A DNA stretch of 64,000 nucleotides from Dehalococcoidia bacterium (GCA_050123275.1 JASFHK010000005.1:9887-73886); one strand, 5' to 3'. Shown: positions 18,944 through 28,838, counted from the stretch's first letter. Notes: generated from the letters alone by a model not told the origin. Program-made: numbers and translations.

Positions 18944-20242
18944 TCAGCCTTTCATCATGCCGGGTAGCCAGAGACTTATCTCGGGGACGGCTATCAGTAT
19001 GGCCAGGAAGATGAACAGGGCGATGAGGAAAGGCAGCACTCCCCGCAAAAGCTTATCCACCGGTATGTCGAAGGCGGTCCTCATCAAAAACAGCTCCAGC
19101 CCCATCGGCGGTGTAATCAGCCCTATCTGCATGTTGACCACGTAGAGGACGCCGAACCAGATGGGGTCGAAGCCCAGCGCCGTGATGACGGGGACGAAGA
19201 TGGGTATGGTGAGCAGCATGATGGTTATGGCGTCGATGAAACAGCCCAGTATGAGGAGCAGTATGTTGATGCTGATAATCACCAGCCAGGGAGAGAAATC
19301 GGCGGAGGTGACGAAGCTGGTGATTATCTTGACCACTCCGGAGCTGCCGATAACGTAGGAGAAGAGCCAGGCGCCGACCATCATGAACAGAATCATGCCG
19401 TTGATAATCGCCGTTTCGATTAGCGCTCGTTTCAAGCCCTGCCAGCGCAGCCCGAAGACGGTGACGCCGATAATGAGCACCACCACGCAGCCGACGCCGG
19501 CGGCTTCGGTGGGGGAGGCGATGCCGAAATAGATGGAGCCGAGAATGGAAGCCATCACCACCACGATGGGCCAAACCCGCTTCAGCGAGGAGAAACGCAC
19601 CCTCCAGCTGACGGGGCCCAGCGCGGGGCCGAGCGCCGGCCGGCGCCAGCAGATGATGATGGCTACCGCCGCCAGCATGAAGGCCAGCAAAACACCGGGT
19701 ACCATGCCGGCGATGAAGAGGTGGCCGATGGATGTCTCGGAGAGGACGCCGTAGATAATCATGCCGGCGCTGGGGGGAATCAGGGGGCCGAGCACGCCGC
19801 CGCAGCAAAGCCCGCCCATGGCCAGTGCCTTGTCGTAGCCGTAACGCTTGAATTCGGGCTCGGCGACCTTGCCCACGGCCAGTATGGTGGCGGTGCTGGT
19901 GCCGATAGCGGCGGCCATGGCGGCTTCGCCCCAGATGCTGGTGACAATCAAGCCGCCGGGGACGCGGGAGAGCCAGTTTCTGGCGGCGGCGTATATATCT
20001 TCGCCGATTTTGGTCTCGGCGATAAGACAGGCGATAAGGACGAAGAGAGGCAGCGGCGTCCAGTTAATGTTATAGAGGGTGCTGAAGGTAGTCCAGCCTA
20101 CTTTCTCCAGGCTCGAGGGCCCGAAGGTGAAGAAGGCAACGGCTATGGCCGTAAAGCCCAGGGCATAGATGACGGGCATGCCCATCAGCATCAAAAACAG
20201 CATGCCCACCACGCAAACCACCGCTGCTGTGGTAAAGTCCAT
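18944..20242 (-). CDS. TRAP transporter large permease (DctM family)
   Basis: The 432-aa polytopic membrane protein resembles DctM in sequence and follows DctQ-like and DctP-like genes. Confidence 0.9.
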   Translation of the reverse strand: MDFTTAAVVCVVGMLFLMLMGMPVIYALGFTAIAVAFFTFGPSSLEKVGWTTFSTLYNINWTPLPLFVLIACLIAETKIGEDIYAAARNWLSRVPGGLIVTSIWGEAAMAAAIGTSTATILAVGKVAEPEFKRYGYDKALAMGGLCCGGVLGPLIPPSAGMIIYGVLSETSIGHLFIAGMVPGVLLAFMLAAVAIIICWRRPALGPALGPVSWRVRFSSLKRVWPIVVVMASILGSIYFGIASPTEAAGVGCVVVLIIGVTVFGLRWQGLKRALIETAIINGMILFMMVGAWLFSYVIGSSGVVKIITSFVTSADFSPWLVIISINILLLILGCFIDAITIMLLTIPIFVPVITALGFDPIWFGVLYVVNMQIGLITPPMGLELFLMRTAFDIPVDKLLRGVLPFLIALFIFLAILIAVPEISLWLPGMMKG

Positions 20243-20294
20243 AACTACCTCATTTCTTCAACTGCTGTCGGTGAGGGTTAAGGGCGCAGTAGTT

Positions 20295-20825
20295 CTATTC
20301 GGTTTGAGTCGGGGCTTTGCGGGCCCTTAACCCGCTGATGCCTCGACAGAGCTTGCTCACCAGCACGAGGCAAAGCAGGGTATAACAGACGGGTATGACG
20401 AATTTAATGGGGGCTAACGGCAGTGCCCACGGCGTTTTACTGACCTGGCCGATGTCGAGCGCGTATAGCGCGTTGCCGAAGCTCTTCCAGGTGAGCACGG
20501 CACAGAAAATAAGCGCCATGAGCGGGAAGATGGTACGGAGGACGATAGCCTTCATGCGCTCGGGGAAACGGGAGGCGATAAGGTCATTCCTGACGTGGCG
20601 GTCCAGCCTTTCCACACCGGCTACGGCCATCACGCCGCAAAAGAGGAGAAACATGGTGCTCAACTCGTAGGCGGCGGGGTCGGGGGAGTGGAAGATATAA
20701 CGCTTGACCACCCCGTAGCTTTCTATCCAGGCCATCAGCAGCACCAGAATCCCGCTGACCAGCATGAGCCACTGGCTGATACGGCCAATTCCGTCATCTA
20801 TCTTCCGTATCACTCGCATAAACAC
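20295..20825 (-). CDS. TRAP transporter small permease (DctQ family)
   Basis: The 176-aa protein has four predicted TM helices and lies between the DctP-like and DctM-like genes. Confidence 0.8.
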   Translation of the reverse strand: MFMRVIRKIDDGIGRISQWLMLVSGILVLLMAWIESYGVVKRYIFHSPDPAAYELSTMFLLFCGVMAVAGVERLDRHVRNDLIASRFPERMKAIVLRTIFPLMALIFCAVLTWKSFGNALYALDIGQVSKTPWALPLAPIKFVIPVCYTLLCLVLVSKLCRGISGLRARKAPTQTE

Positions 20826-20898
20826 TTTAACATCACTCCCGCTCGAATTAGCGCTCTATTAACCTTTAAAACCGCGGGCACGCCGTTGGTTGTTCCGG

Positions 20899-21918
20899 CT
20901 AGCGAGGATATTGCTCGTTAGCGTCCTCGGCGATATCGATCACTTCCTGACCGAAGTCACCCAGTGTCGCCACCATCGAGTCGATGAAATCGCTGGCGGC
21001 GGCTTTCCACAGGTCGATCTCATCCTGCGGCACGACGTGTATGGTAACCCCGAGTGATTCCAGGTCGGCGAAGTCGGCTGCCCATTCCGACTTCAGCCAG
21101 GTATCGATGTCGTCCGACGTCGCCTTGGCTTCCTCAACCAATATGTCCTGGATATCGCCGGGCAGGTCGTTCCAGACATCCAGGTTGATGGTGAAGCCGT
21201 GTATGGCCGCTACCATGTAGCACGACGCTAGGTAGGGAGCCACGTCGGGCAAACCGAAGATGCGCCCGGCGGCCGGCGCCGTTATCACCGCTTCCACGGT
21301 TCCCTTTTCCAGTGCCCCGTAGGACTCGGTGTAGTCAAGCGGTACGGGGGCGCCGCCCAGTGCGTCTATCAGCCCCGAAGTCGTGGGCGAGATAGCCTGT
21401 ACCAGCAGGCCGTCCCAGTCCGAAAGGGCGGTAACCGGGTCGGCGGAGAAGAGTTCCACCGCGGTGTAGTTGTGCAGGCAGAGTAGCTTCTGGTTGAATT
21501 GATCTTCCAGTAAATCGGCGTATAGCTCCTCTAGGGCCGGCATGGCGGCGATGTGGGCGTCGATGTTGTTGAACAAAAAGGGTATTTCGTTGGCGCCTAA
21601 CCTGGCGTCATCGGCGGAGTTGGCACTGGGGGTGATGGCCCCCATCTCGGCGGCGCCCGTCCTCACTGCGTCGAGAAGCTCGGCAAAGGAGACCATCTGT
21701 TCGGCGCCATAATACTCAATGGTGTAATCGGGGCCGCAGCGGGCGTTGAAGTTGTCGGCGAATTCCTGCTCAATCTCGCCGTATTCGAAGAGGGCGGCGC
21801 TGGCCATCTTGAGGACCACCGGTTCCGCCGGACCTTCGTCCGAATCGCAGGCGGCGAAAAGACCGCCCGACATCACGACGAGCACCAGAGCCACGAGTAG
21901 GATTAACGCTTTCTTCAT
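20899..21918 (-). CDS. TRAP transporter substrate-binding protein (DctP family), lipoprotein
   Basis: It has a signal peptide with a lipobox (GGLFAAC), is 339 aa long, and is the first gene of the TRAP triad. Confidence 0.75.
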   Translation of the reverse strand: MKKALILLVALVLVVMSGGLFAACDSDEGPAEPVVLKMASAALFEYGEIEQEFADNFNARCGPDYTIEYYGAEQMVSFAELLDAVRTGAAEMGAITPSANSADDARLGANEIPFLFNNIDAHIAAMPALEELYADLLEDQFNQKLLCLHNYTAVELFSADPVTALSDWDGLLVQAISPTTSGLIDALGGAPVPLDYTESYGALEKGTVEAVITAPAAGRIFGLPDVAPYLASCYMVAAIHGFTINLDVWNDLPGDIQDILVEEAKATSDDIDTWLKSEWAADFADLESLGVTIHVVPQDEIDLWKAAASDFIDSMVATLGDFGQEVIDIAEDANEQYPR

Positions 21919-22229
21919 GATTACGTTTTACCTCCTTATGGATTCAACAGCTCTTCAGTTTGGCTTGTCTTAGTCGGCCACCTCCTTCAGCCGGAAAAAT
22001 TCCCGGCAGTCGTTGGTTTTGGACGTGCGGTCTCCACAGCGGAGTACCGTTTTGGTTCGCGCTAAAGGGAAAAAAGGTGATGGAATTTGGGTGGGGAGGC
22101 GGGTTGATGAAGAAGGCTGGTGTGGAAGGTTGGAGGAAAACGTGGATGGTAGCGGAGGGTTGGCGGGCTTAACACACTCCGGAGTGAACGTCACTCGACC
22201 AGCACCTCGTTGCCTGGATGGCGGCTTTT

Positions 22230-22250
22230 GGGGAGGGTGATGGGTGGGGG
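22230..22250 (+). other. Canonical G-quadruplex motif (G4-A-G3-TGAT-G3-T-G5) within a purine-rich non-coding tract
   Basis: I read it directly as GGGGAGGGTGATGGGTGGGGG. The surrounding ~22066-22300 region is strongly G/A-rich on the + strand. Confidence 0.5.
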
Positions 22251-22430
22251 AAAACTGAGGGAATAGCGGAGGGGAAAAGAGGAATGGCTGGTCGCAGCCG
22301 AGGTCGAGTCGGGGCGTGAGGAATGTATGTTATTGTTAAGCACATAGAAATTATAGCACACCGTGTCAACCCGTGGGGCTAAAAAAAGAGGTCGCTATGC
22401 CGGTATTCGGGTGGGGGCCGCAAGGCTGGC

Positions 22431-23288
22431 TCAATCCGTGCCGACGGTTAGCTCCATGCCGTCGCAGGCAAAGCGTACCCCCGGCATTTCGGCTTCCAGG
22501 GCGCGGTAGTCGTCGTAGCTGCGGTGCCAGTATTCCTCCAGGTGCATGAATAACACTTCTTTGGCCTGAATACGCTCCGCTATTTTCAGCGTTTCCTCGA
22601 AGGTATAGAGGTTGCGGCGGGTGGGGTGCTCCGCCGGGTATTCAAAGCCGTGCTTCAGCCCCGTTTCGAAGATGCCCGGCTGGGTAATGAGCAGGTCGGG
22701 GTGGCGTACTTCTGCGCGGTGCTCGGGGAAGGGCTTGATGTCGCAGGGGGCGTAGACCACCTTGGCTCCCGCTTGCTCGAAGACATAGAGGAAGACCGTC
22801 TGGTAACTATGCTCCACGGGGATGGCCGTGAGCCGGATGTCGCCGAGCTGTATTTTGTCCTTATAAGTCTTCAGCTCGACGAAGCCCCGTCTCAGGAAAA
22901 AGTCGATGAAAGGGCCGTACTGCGAGCTGACCTTTTCCAGGCTCGGTTTCAGCGCCTCCGGCAGCAGCAGGCAAATCCGCTTTTCGGGGTAGCCGTGCCA
23001 GGTGCGGAAGTCGAGCGCTATCTGCTCCACAACCCGCAGGCCTTCGCTGTGGTCGGGGTCGAAGTGGGTGAAGGTGAGGTAATCGATGCGCTCGATGTCG
23101 GCGCTGTTGAGCTGGCCGGCAATCTCGGCGGGGGTATCGATGAGCAAGTTGATATCGTGCAGAAAAGCCGAGGGGCCGGTCCTGGCGTAGGGAGCGCCCT
23201 TCTCCCGGGCTTCCCGGCAGACGCGGCACCGGCAGAGCGGTTTGGGAATGACGGCGCAGCCGCCGGAGCCCAGTATGGTCCACTTCAT
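22431..23288 (-). CDS. MBL-fold metallo-hydrolase
   Basis: It has an HFDPDHSEG motif (HxHxDH-like) and is 285 aa long. It is separated by 1 nt from the asnB stop. Confidence 0.7.
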   Translation of the reverse strand: MKWTILGSGGCAVIPKPLCRCRVCREAREKGAPYARTGPSAFLHDINLLIDTPAEIAGQLNSADIERIDYLTFTHFDPDHSEGLRVVEQIALDFRTWHGYPEKRICLLLPEALKPSLEKVSSQYGPFIDFFLRRGFVELKTYKDKIQLGDIRLTAIPVEHSYQTVFLYVFEQAGAKVVYAPCDIKPFPEHRAEVRHPDLLITQPGIFETGLKHGFEYPAEHPTRRNLYTFEETLKIAERIQAKEVLFMHLEEYWHRSYDDYRALEAEMPGVRFACDGMELTVGTD

Positions 23289-23289
23289 G

Positions 23290-24903
23290 CTATTTCGCCC
23301 CGGCGGATGTCTCCTCGCGTACGTGTTTCAGGTCGCCGTCCATGGTGCCCCGCACCCGCTCCCTTTCCTCTTCGAAGTCGAAGCCGGTCCAGATGCCGAT
23401 GGAGCCGAGCACCGAGTCCTGCGGGTGGAACTGGCGGAAAATCTTGAAGTAGTAGGCCGCCTCGCGGCTGTTAATCGTCGCCTCGGGGTTTTCCGCCTTG
23501 ATACGCTCGAACTCGTCCTGGCTGACCTCGCTCAGGGCCAGTTTTTCGCCCAGGCTCTCGCAGCCGGCGCCCTGGGTGTACTGCACCTTGTAGCGCCAGA
23601 GTATGTCCTCGGGTAAATAATCGGTGTCCTCGAAAGCCTTGCGCAGTATCCACTTCTCGATTGAGGCGCCCACCTGTTTCGATTCGCGTATCTTGAGCTC
23701 GGGTGGAATCTTCATGGACAGGTCGACCATAGCTGTGTCCAGGAAGGGAACCCGCAACTCCAGATTAAAGTACATGCCCATGCGGTCGGCGCGCTGCAAG
23801 TTTATATTGTGCAGGTTGCCGATGCAACGCCGTGCCTCCTTGTTGAGCATGTCGGTAGGGTAGTTCTTCATGTAATGATAGCCGGTGAAAAGCTCGTCGG
23901 CGCCTTCGCCGGTGAGCACCACCGTCACGTAGTCGGCCGCTAGCTTGCAGGTAAAGTAACAGGGTACGGCGCAGCGCACCAGTGAGGGGTCGTAGCTTTC
24001 CAGCTTCTTGATGACGATGGGCAGCGCTTCGTAGTATTCGTCCTCGGTAAAGATAAGCTCGTGGTGGGTGGAGCCGATGTGGGCCGCCGCCACCCGCGAG
24101 GCCTTGAGGTCATCGCTCTCGTCGCCGTTTTCGTCCTTCATGCCCACCACGAAGGTGTGCAGGTTGGGGATGTCCTCGGCGGCGATGGCGGCCACCAGGC
24201 TGCTGTCCAGCCCGCCGCTGCAGAAGGAGCCGACGTGAATCTCCTTGTCGGAGAGCAGCCGCTTCTTGACGGCGCTGATGAAGGTCTCCCTGATGAGCTG
24301 GGCAGTTTCCTCGATATCGGTGAGCAGGTGGTCGGCGATGCCGGGAACCCGGTAGAACTGCACGAAGCCTTCCTTGGGCGTGTAGTAATGCCCGGCGGGG
24401 AACTCGTGCACCTCTTTGACACCGGCCAGCGTCATCGCCCCCAGCTCGGAGGTGAAGTAGAGCTTGTCGCCCACGTAGCCGTAATAGAGCGGCTTGATGC
24501 CGATGGGGTCGCGCGCCAGCATGAAGTCGTCACCGTCGAAGATGGCGAAGGCGAACATACCGTCCAGGTCCTTAACGCACTCGGGGCCTTTTTCCTGATA
24601 GAGGTGCAGGATGACCTCGCTGTCGGAATCGGTGGTGAAGAAGTATTTGTCCTCCAGCTTTTCCCTTAGCTCGCGGAAGTTATAGACCTCACCGTTACAG
24701 ATAATGCCGGTGCGGCCCCCGTTGGTCAGTATCGGCTGGTGCCCTTTGGCTACGTCCACGATGGAAAGCCGCGTATGACCGAAAACGGTGCTGTTGAAGG
24801 TATGAATACCGCGGTCATCCGGCCCCCGGTGGGGCAGGGCGTCCAGCATCCTGTTTATCGTCTCTGTGTCTTTTACGCCGAAACATCCGGCTATGCCACA
24901 CAT
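23290..24903 (-). CDS. asnB: Asparagine synthase (glutamine-hydrolysing)
   Basis: It has the MCGIAG N-terminal nucleophile and the PP-loop CSGGLDSS, and is 537 aa long. Confidence 0.9.
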   Translation of the reverse strand: MCGIAGCFGVKDTETINRMLDALPHRGPDDRGIHTFNSTVFGHTRLSIVDVAKGHQPILTNGGRTGIICNGEVYNFRELREKLEDKYFFTTDSDSEVILHLYQEKGPECVKDLDGMFAFAIFDGDDFMLARDPIGIKPLYYGYVGDKLYFTSELGAMTLAGVKEVHEFPAGHYYTPKEGFVQFYRVPGIADHLLTDIEETAQLIRETFISAVKKRLLSDKEIHVGSFCSGGLDSSLVAAIAAEDIPNLHTFVVGMKDENGDESDDLKASRVAAAHIGSTHHELIFTEDEYYEALPIVIKKLESYDPSLVRCAVPCYFTCKLAADYVTVVLTGEGADELFTGYHYMKNYPTDMLNKEARRCIGNLHNINLQRADRMGMYFNLELRVPFLDTAMVDLSMKIPPELKIRESKQVGASIEKWILRKAFEDTDYLPEDILWRYKVQYTQGAGCESLGEKLALSEVSQDEFERIKAENPEATINSREAAYYFKIFRQFHPQDSVLGSIGIWTGFDFEEERERVRGTMDGDLKHVREETSAGAK

Positions 24904-24916
24904 AAAAATCGCCTCC

Positions 24917-26455
24917 TTAAGCGTCCGAGTATACGTTTAACCGGGGCAAAAGCCCGGGTATCTCTTCGAAAATCTTGGCCGTGGTCTCGGGGTCGATATG
25001 CTCCACGGGTTTGGCCAGCAGCTCGTTCATCCTCTGGTAGGCCAGGGCGAAGACGTTGTCGCCCTCGCCTTCCCCCTCGAAGGGGTAGGAGCCCGAGATT
25101 TCCCCGCTGCGCAGTACCTGGCGGATGTAGCGGATAAACAGCTTTTGCTGTGTGGCCACCGTGTCCCGGATTTGCTTGAGCACGGTGTCCATCTCCGCCT
25201 GGTCGATGCGCGCCGGTTTTAAGAAGAACTTGAGCATCTGGAAATGGGCGTCGTCGAGCACCGCCTGGAGCAGGCAGAAAACGGCGTTGCAGTCGAGCAG
25301 CCCGTAGGCGCAGTGCAGGAACTGGGGCCCGCTCATCGTCACCAGTATGTCCGAGAACAGCCTCTCTATAGAGGCCTGTTGCCCCGGCGTCTTGGTGTCG
25401 CAGACGCCCGAGGTGGAATAGTTGGGTATGCCGTAGTAGCGCGCCATCTGGGCGCAATCGACGTGGTACTGGCTGGTCTCCACCGAGCCGTAGGAATCGC
25501 CCAGCGTGTCCATGCGCGCCCGCACCGGCACGCTGCCGTAGAGCATCGGCGTACCTTTATTTACCAGCTGCCCCAGCGTGATACCGGCCAGCACCTCGGC
25601 GTTTATCTGGGCCATCATGCCCGCTTCCTTAATGGGCGCCGTCGTTCCCGCCTGTGGCGATGAGGAAACGGCCACGGGCAGACCCCGTCGGCAGACCTCG
25701 ATGAAGGTGTCGGTGGTGTCGCCGACGAACTGCAGCGGGCTCTTGACCAGGCAGGTGATGAAGGAGATGATGGGGTTTTCCTTGAGCGCCTCCTTGCCGC
25801 CGACGATAAGCTCGGCCATCCTGACCACGTTGTCCAGCTGTTCCAGGTTGGTCAGCCCTGTCATAAAGTGCTTGGTGGTGTTATTCAGCGAGGCGAAGAA
25901 CTTGTTGACGTCTTTATTGTCGTCGTTGATGTCTTCGTCCTGTATGTTCACCGTCCTGATGTAGGCGTCCAGCGTTTCCAGGTGTTCGCATACGTGCGCC
26001 GACTGGCAGAGGTCGTTGACGGTGGCGCGGCGGGGGTGGAACTCGGCCAGCTGAATCTCTACATTCTTATCCGACTTCTTGACGTAGGTGGGGAACTCAA
26101 CGTCGAGACAGGTATTGGTCTCCGAGCCGGAGACGAAAAAGACCCGCGGCTCGTCGCCCTTCATTATCAAAGTGTTTTCCGGGTTGCGCGCGCCCAGCTT
26201 GACCGTCTTGGGGGTGTTGGCGAGCGCCTCCGTTACCAGCTTTTCCGGTATCTTTATCAGCCAGGTGGGGTTGGCGCCGGAGGCAACGGCGCTTACCTCG
26301 GCGCCGTTGTCGCGGAATATCTCCGCCGCCTTTTTATTGAAGCAAATCAGACCGGGGTCGACCAGAATTTCCAGCGACGCGCGGTGGATCTGCTCTATCT
26401 GCTTTTTAGTAATCCTTTCGTAGGGTTGGGGTACTAATATTCCTTCTCTAGACAA
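24917..26455 (-). CDS. MttB-family (trimethylamine methyltransferase superfamily) protein, non-pyrrolysine
   Basis: The 512-aa ORF is uninterrupted with no in-frame TAG. Its N-terminus is typical of the MttB family (ITKKQIEQIHRASLEILVDPG). Confidence 0.85.
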   Translation of the reverse strand: MSREGILVPQPYERITKKQIEQIHRASLEILVDPGLICFNKKAAEIFRDNGAEVSAVASGANPTWLIKIPEKLVTEALANTPKTVKLGARNPENTLIMKGDEPRVFFVSGSETNTCLDVEFPTYVKKSDKNVEIQLAEFHPRRATVNDLCQSAHVCEHLETLDAYIRTVNIQDEDINDDNKDVNKFFASLNNTTKHFMTGLTNLEQLDNVVRMAELIVGGKEALKENPIISFITCLVKSPLQFVGDTTDTFIEVCRRGLPVAVSSSPQAGTTAPIKEAGMMAQINAEVLAGITLGQLVNKGTPMLYGSVPVRARMDTLGDSYGSVETSQYHVDCAQMARYYGIPNYSTSGVCDTKTPGQQASIERLFSDILVTMSGPQFLHCAYGLLDCNAVFCLLQAVLDDAHFQMLKFFLKPARIDQAEMDTVLKQIRDTVATQQKLFIRYIRQVLRSGEISGSYPFEGEGEGDNVFALAYQRMNELLAKPVEHIDPETTAKIFEEIPGLLPRLNVYSDA

Positions 26456-26493
26456 TTTCTTCCTCCCCCGGGCAGTCGGCGGAGCCGGCGTAA

Positions 26494-27180
26494 CTAGCCC
26501 GCATTATTCAAAGATTCGATTAGCGCCAGCGCCTGAAAACCGTCGGCGCCATAGCCGTCGGCGCCGATGCTCTTGGCGAACTCGTCCGAGACGGGAGCGC
26601 CGCCGACGACGACCTTTACCCGGCTCCTGATGCTGCTCTTCTCCAGCGCCTCGATGGTTTCCTTCATACCGCCCATGGTGCTGGTGAGCAGCGCTGACAG
26701 CCCCAGGAACTGGGGCTGCTCTTTCTTCAGAGTGTCGACGATAACCCCGGGCTCGATATCGTTGCCCAGGTCCTTAACGGTGTAACCGGCGCCGCGGAGC
26801 AATATCGACACAATGTTCTTACCGATGTCGTGGTGGTCGCCCTGAACGGTGGCCATAATCACCTTGCCCTTGGGCTGGATGCCGCTTTTGACCAGTTGGG
26901 GCTCCAGTATTTCCATGGCTTTGCCCACGGCCTCGGCCGAGGCCAGCATGTCGGGTATGAAATACTCCTTGGACTCGAATTTCTTGCCCACCTCACTCAT
27001 GCTTTCGGTCAGCCCTCTGTTGATTATTTCCTGGACGTCTATTTTCTTCTCCAGGGCTTCCTCGATAAGCTCAATTACGCCGGGCTGGCCCTCCATGCCT
27101 TCTTCCACGCCTTCGTCCTCCCGGGTGGCTCGGCCTTGGATGACGTTTTCCCGAATCAGGCTGATTATATCTTCGGTCAT
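26494..27180 (-). CDS. Corrinoid (B12-binding) protein, MttC/MtbC-like
   Basis: It has the DxHxxG motif (GDHHDIGKNIV) and a B12-binding Rossmann region. It lies between the two MttB-family genes. Confidence 0.85.
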   Translation of the reverse strand: MTEDIISLIRENVIQGRATREDEGVEEGMEGQPGVIELIEEALEKKIDVQEIINRGLTESMSEVGKKFESKEYFIPDMLASAEAVGKAMEILEPQLVKSGIQPKGKVIMATVQGDHHDIGKNIVSILLRGAGYTVKDLGNDIEPGVIVDTLKKEQPQFLGLSALLTSTMGGMKETIEALEKSSIRSRVKVVVGGAPVSDEFAKSIGADGYGADGFQALALIESLNNAG

Positions 27181-27214
27181 TCTTGACTCCCTTCTTCTGG
27201 TTAATGGCGTCGCC

Positions 27215-28657
27215 TTAATCGACGATGCCGGGTATTTCGGAGAGTATCTGCTCTCTTACCGCGTCGGGCAGGCGGTGCCTGGGCTCGGCGATGAGCCGCT
27301 TGGCTTTCTCCCCCGCCTTCTGCCAGACGGCTTTGCCTCCCCTCTCTTCCCATTCCTCGCGGCTGAGCTGGTCGTTGAGAGTGGGCCGGTAGTGCTCGCG
27401 GCGCATAAAACGCCGGGTATGCTTGGCGGCGACGAAGTTGCCCCCCGGCCCCACCTCCTTGATGAGGTCGAAGGCGAGGGTATCGTCGCTGATCTTGATA
27501 CCGGCGGTGGCTCTCATTACCATGCCCAGTATCTCGTTATCAATAACAAACTTCTCGTAGCAGGCCGTCAGTGCGAATTCCATCATGCCGGCGGCGTCGT
27601 GGATAAAGTTAGACCCGGACAGGGCGCAGAGCAGGCTGCTTATCGCCGACTCGTAGCCGCTCTGGGCGTCGAGCACTTTGGAATCGGTCATACCGCCGGT
27701 GGCGTAGAAGGGGAGATGGTAAAACTGGGCCATCTGGGCGCCGGCGGCGTTGAGCAGCCCCATCTCCACCGAGCCCGCCAGGTAGTTGAGCGTCTGGAGG
27801 TCGGTGTTGGTGGCTACCGAGCCGAAGATAACCGGCGTCCCCGGCCTGACCAGCTGGCTGAGCATAACGCCCATCAGCGAGTCCGCCGTCTGTATCACCA
27901 GGTTACCCGCCAGCGTTATCGGCGAGGTGGCCCCGCAAAGCGGCTCGGAGGGACAGACCAGGGGCACGCCGCGCTGGGCGATTTCAATGATAAGGTCGCC
28001 GTACTTGGCGTCCATCTTGAGCGGGCTCATGATGCAGGCCACCATGGAGATGAGCGGGCGCTGGTTCAGCTTTTCGGCGGAGCCGGCGACAATCTCGGCC
28101 ATGCGTAATGCCTGCTTGACCCCCTCCGGCGTATAAACGCCGCCCATGATGTGCTTGGTGGTGTTGTCCAGGCCGGCAAAGAAGCGGTTGGCGTCAACCT
28201 GCTCGTAGGGCAACTCGTTGGGGTAGGTGGGCAGCATGAAAAGGTGGATGTTGTCCAGGCGGTTGACCAGCCGGGCGATGCGTTTCAGGTCTTTCAGTGA
28301 AGCCGGGCGCTTCTTTTTGGTAGCCGGCTCGTAGATATAGAGGGCGGTACCCCCCGTGCCGGTGTAAACCCGGGCGTCGCCGAGGAGAATGTCTTGTTTC
28401 TCCTCCTGCCCGCAGAGCCTGACCTCGGGCGGCGCCATGCCTATCAGCTTGCGGGCTTTGGCCTGGGGCAAACGCACTCGCCGTTCATCTTTGTCCACCC
28501 AGGCGCCGGCCTCCTCAAAGAGCTCGAGGGCTGCCTCCGAGTTTACCTCGAAGCCTACCTCCTCGATAACCCTCATCACGGTGCGGTCTATTTTGGCTAT
28601 AGAATCTTCGCTCAAGGGGCGGTAGCTACCGCCGGTTATGCCTCTTCTGGTAATCAT
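27215..28657 (-). CDS. MttB-family protein, second paralog, non-pyrrolysine
   Basis: The 480-aa ORF is uninterrupted and shows MttB-like sequence throughout. It is the first gene of the minus-strand string. Confidence 0.85.
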   Translation of the reverse strand: MITRRGITGGSYRPLSEDSIAKIDRTVMRVIEEVGFEVNSEAALELFEEAGAWVDKDERRVRLPQAKARKLIGMAPPEVRLCGQEEKQDILLGDARVYTGTGGTALYIYEPATKKKRPASLKDLKRIARLVNRLDNIHLFMLPTYPNELPYEQVDANRFFAGLDNTTKHIMGGVYTPEGVKQALRMAEIVAGSAEKLNQRPLISMVACIMSPLKMDAKYGDLIIEIAQRGVPLVCPSEPLCGATSPITLAGNLVIQTADSLMGVMLSQLVRPGTPVIFGSVATNTDLQTLNYLAGSVEMGLLNAAGAQMAQFYHLPFYATGGMTDSKVLDAQSGYESAISSLLCALSGSNFIHDAAGMMEFALTACYEKFVIDNEILGMVMRATAGIKISDDTLAFDLIKEVGPGGNFVAAKHTRRFMRREHYRPTLNDQLSREEWEERGGKAVWQKAGEKAKRLIAEPRHRLPDAVREQILSEIPGIVD

Positions 28658-28801
28658 TTTTGTTTCTATGTCCTATCTATACAATCAATTGTCCCTGGCG
28701 TTGCGGGCGAATGTCGGCGGAATCAAAGGAAAAATAGGCAAAAGGAATTAAAGGGGATAAAGTGACAAAAGGCTTAAATGCGTTCGGGTTTCAAACAGGG
28801 G

Positions 28802-28838
28802 AATAAAAACCGACAAGCCCGCTCACCGGGGACGGGCT
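28802..28838 (-). terminator. Weak terminator-like hairpin in the long leader upstream of the mttB operon
   Basis: The minus strand reads AGCCCG-(11 nt)-CGGGCT, then TGTCGGTTTTTATT. No CDS ends here. Confidence 0.3.

Noticed and set aside
26849-28108. Many long ORFs lie antisense to, or out of frame with, the genes I called. Examples are 1296-2102(-), 22626-23447(+), 26849-28108(+), 42191-43294(-), 47016-48278(+), 53669-54586(+), 59954-60631(+) and 61514-62296(+).
   Set aside because: They overlap genes with clear family signatures. Their composition is low-complexity and Arg/Gly/Ala/Pro-rich, as expected from stop-codon-poor alternate frames in high-GC DNA. They lack ribosome-binding sites.
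24917-28657. I considered a pyrrolysine (in-frame TAG) in the MttB-family genes.
   Set aside because: Both genes are uninterrupted ORFs of normal length. There is no in-frame amber codon, and no pyl genes are in the window.
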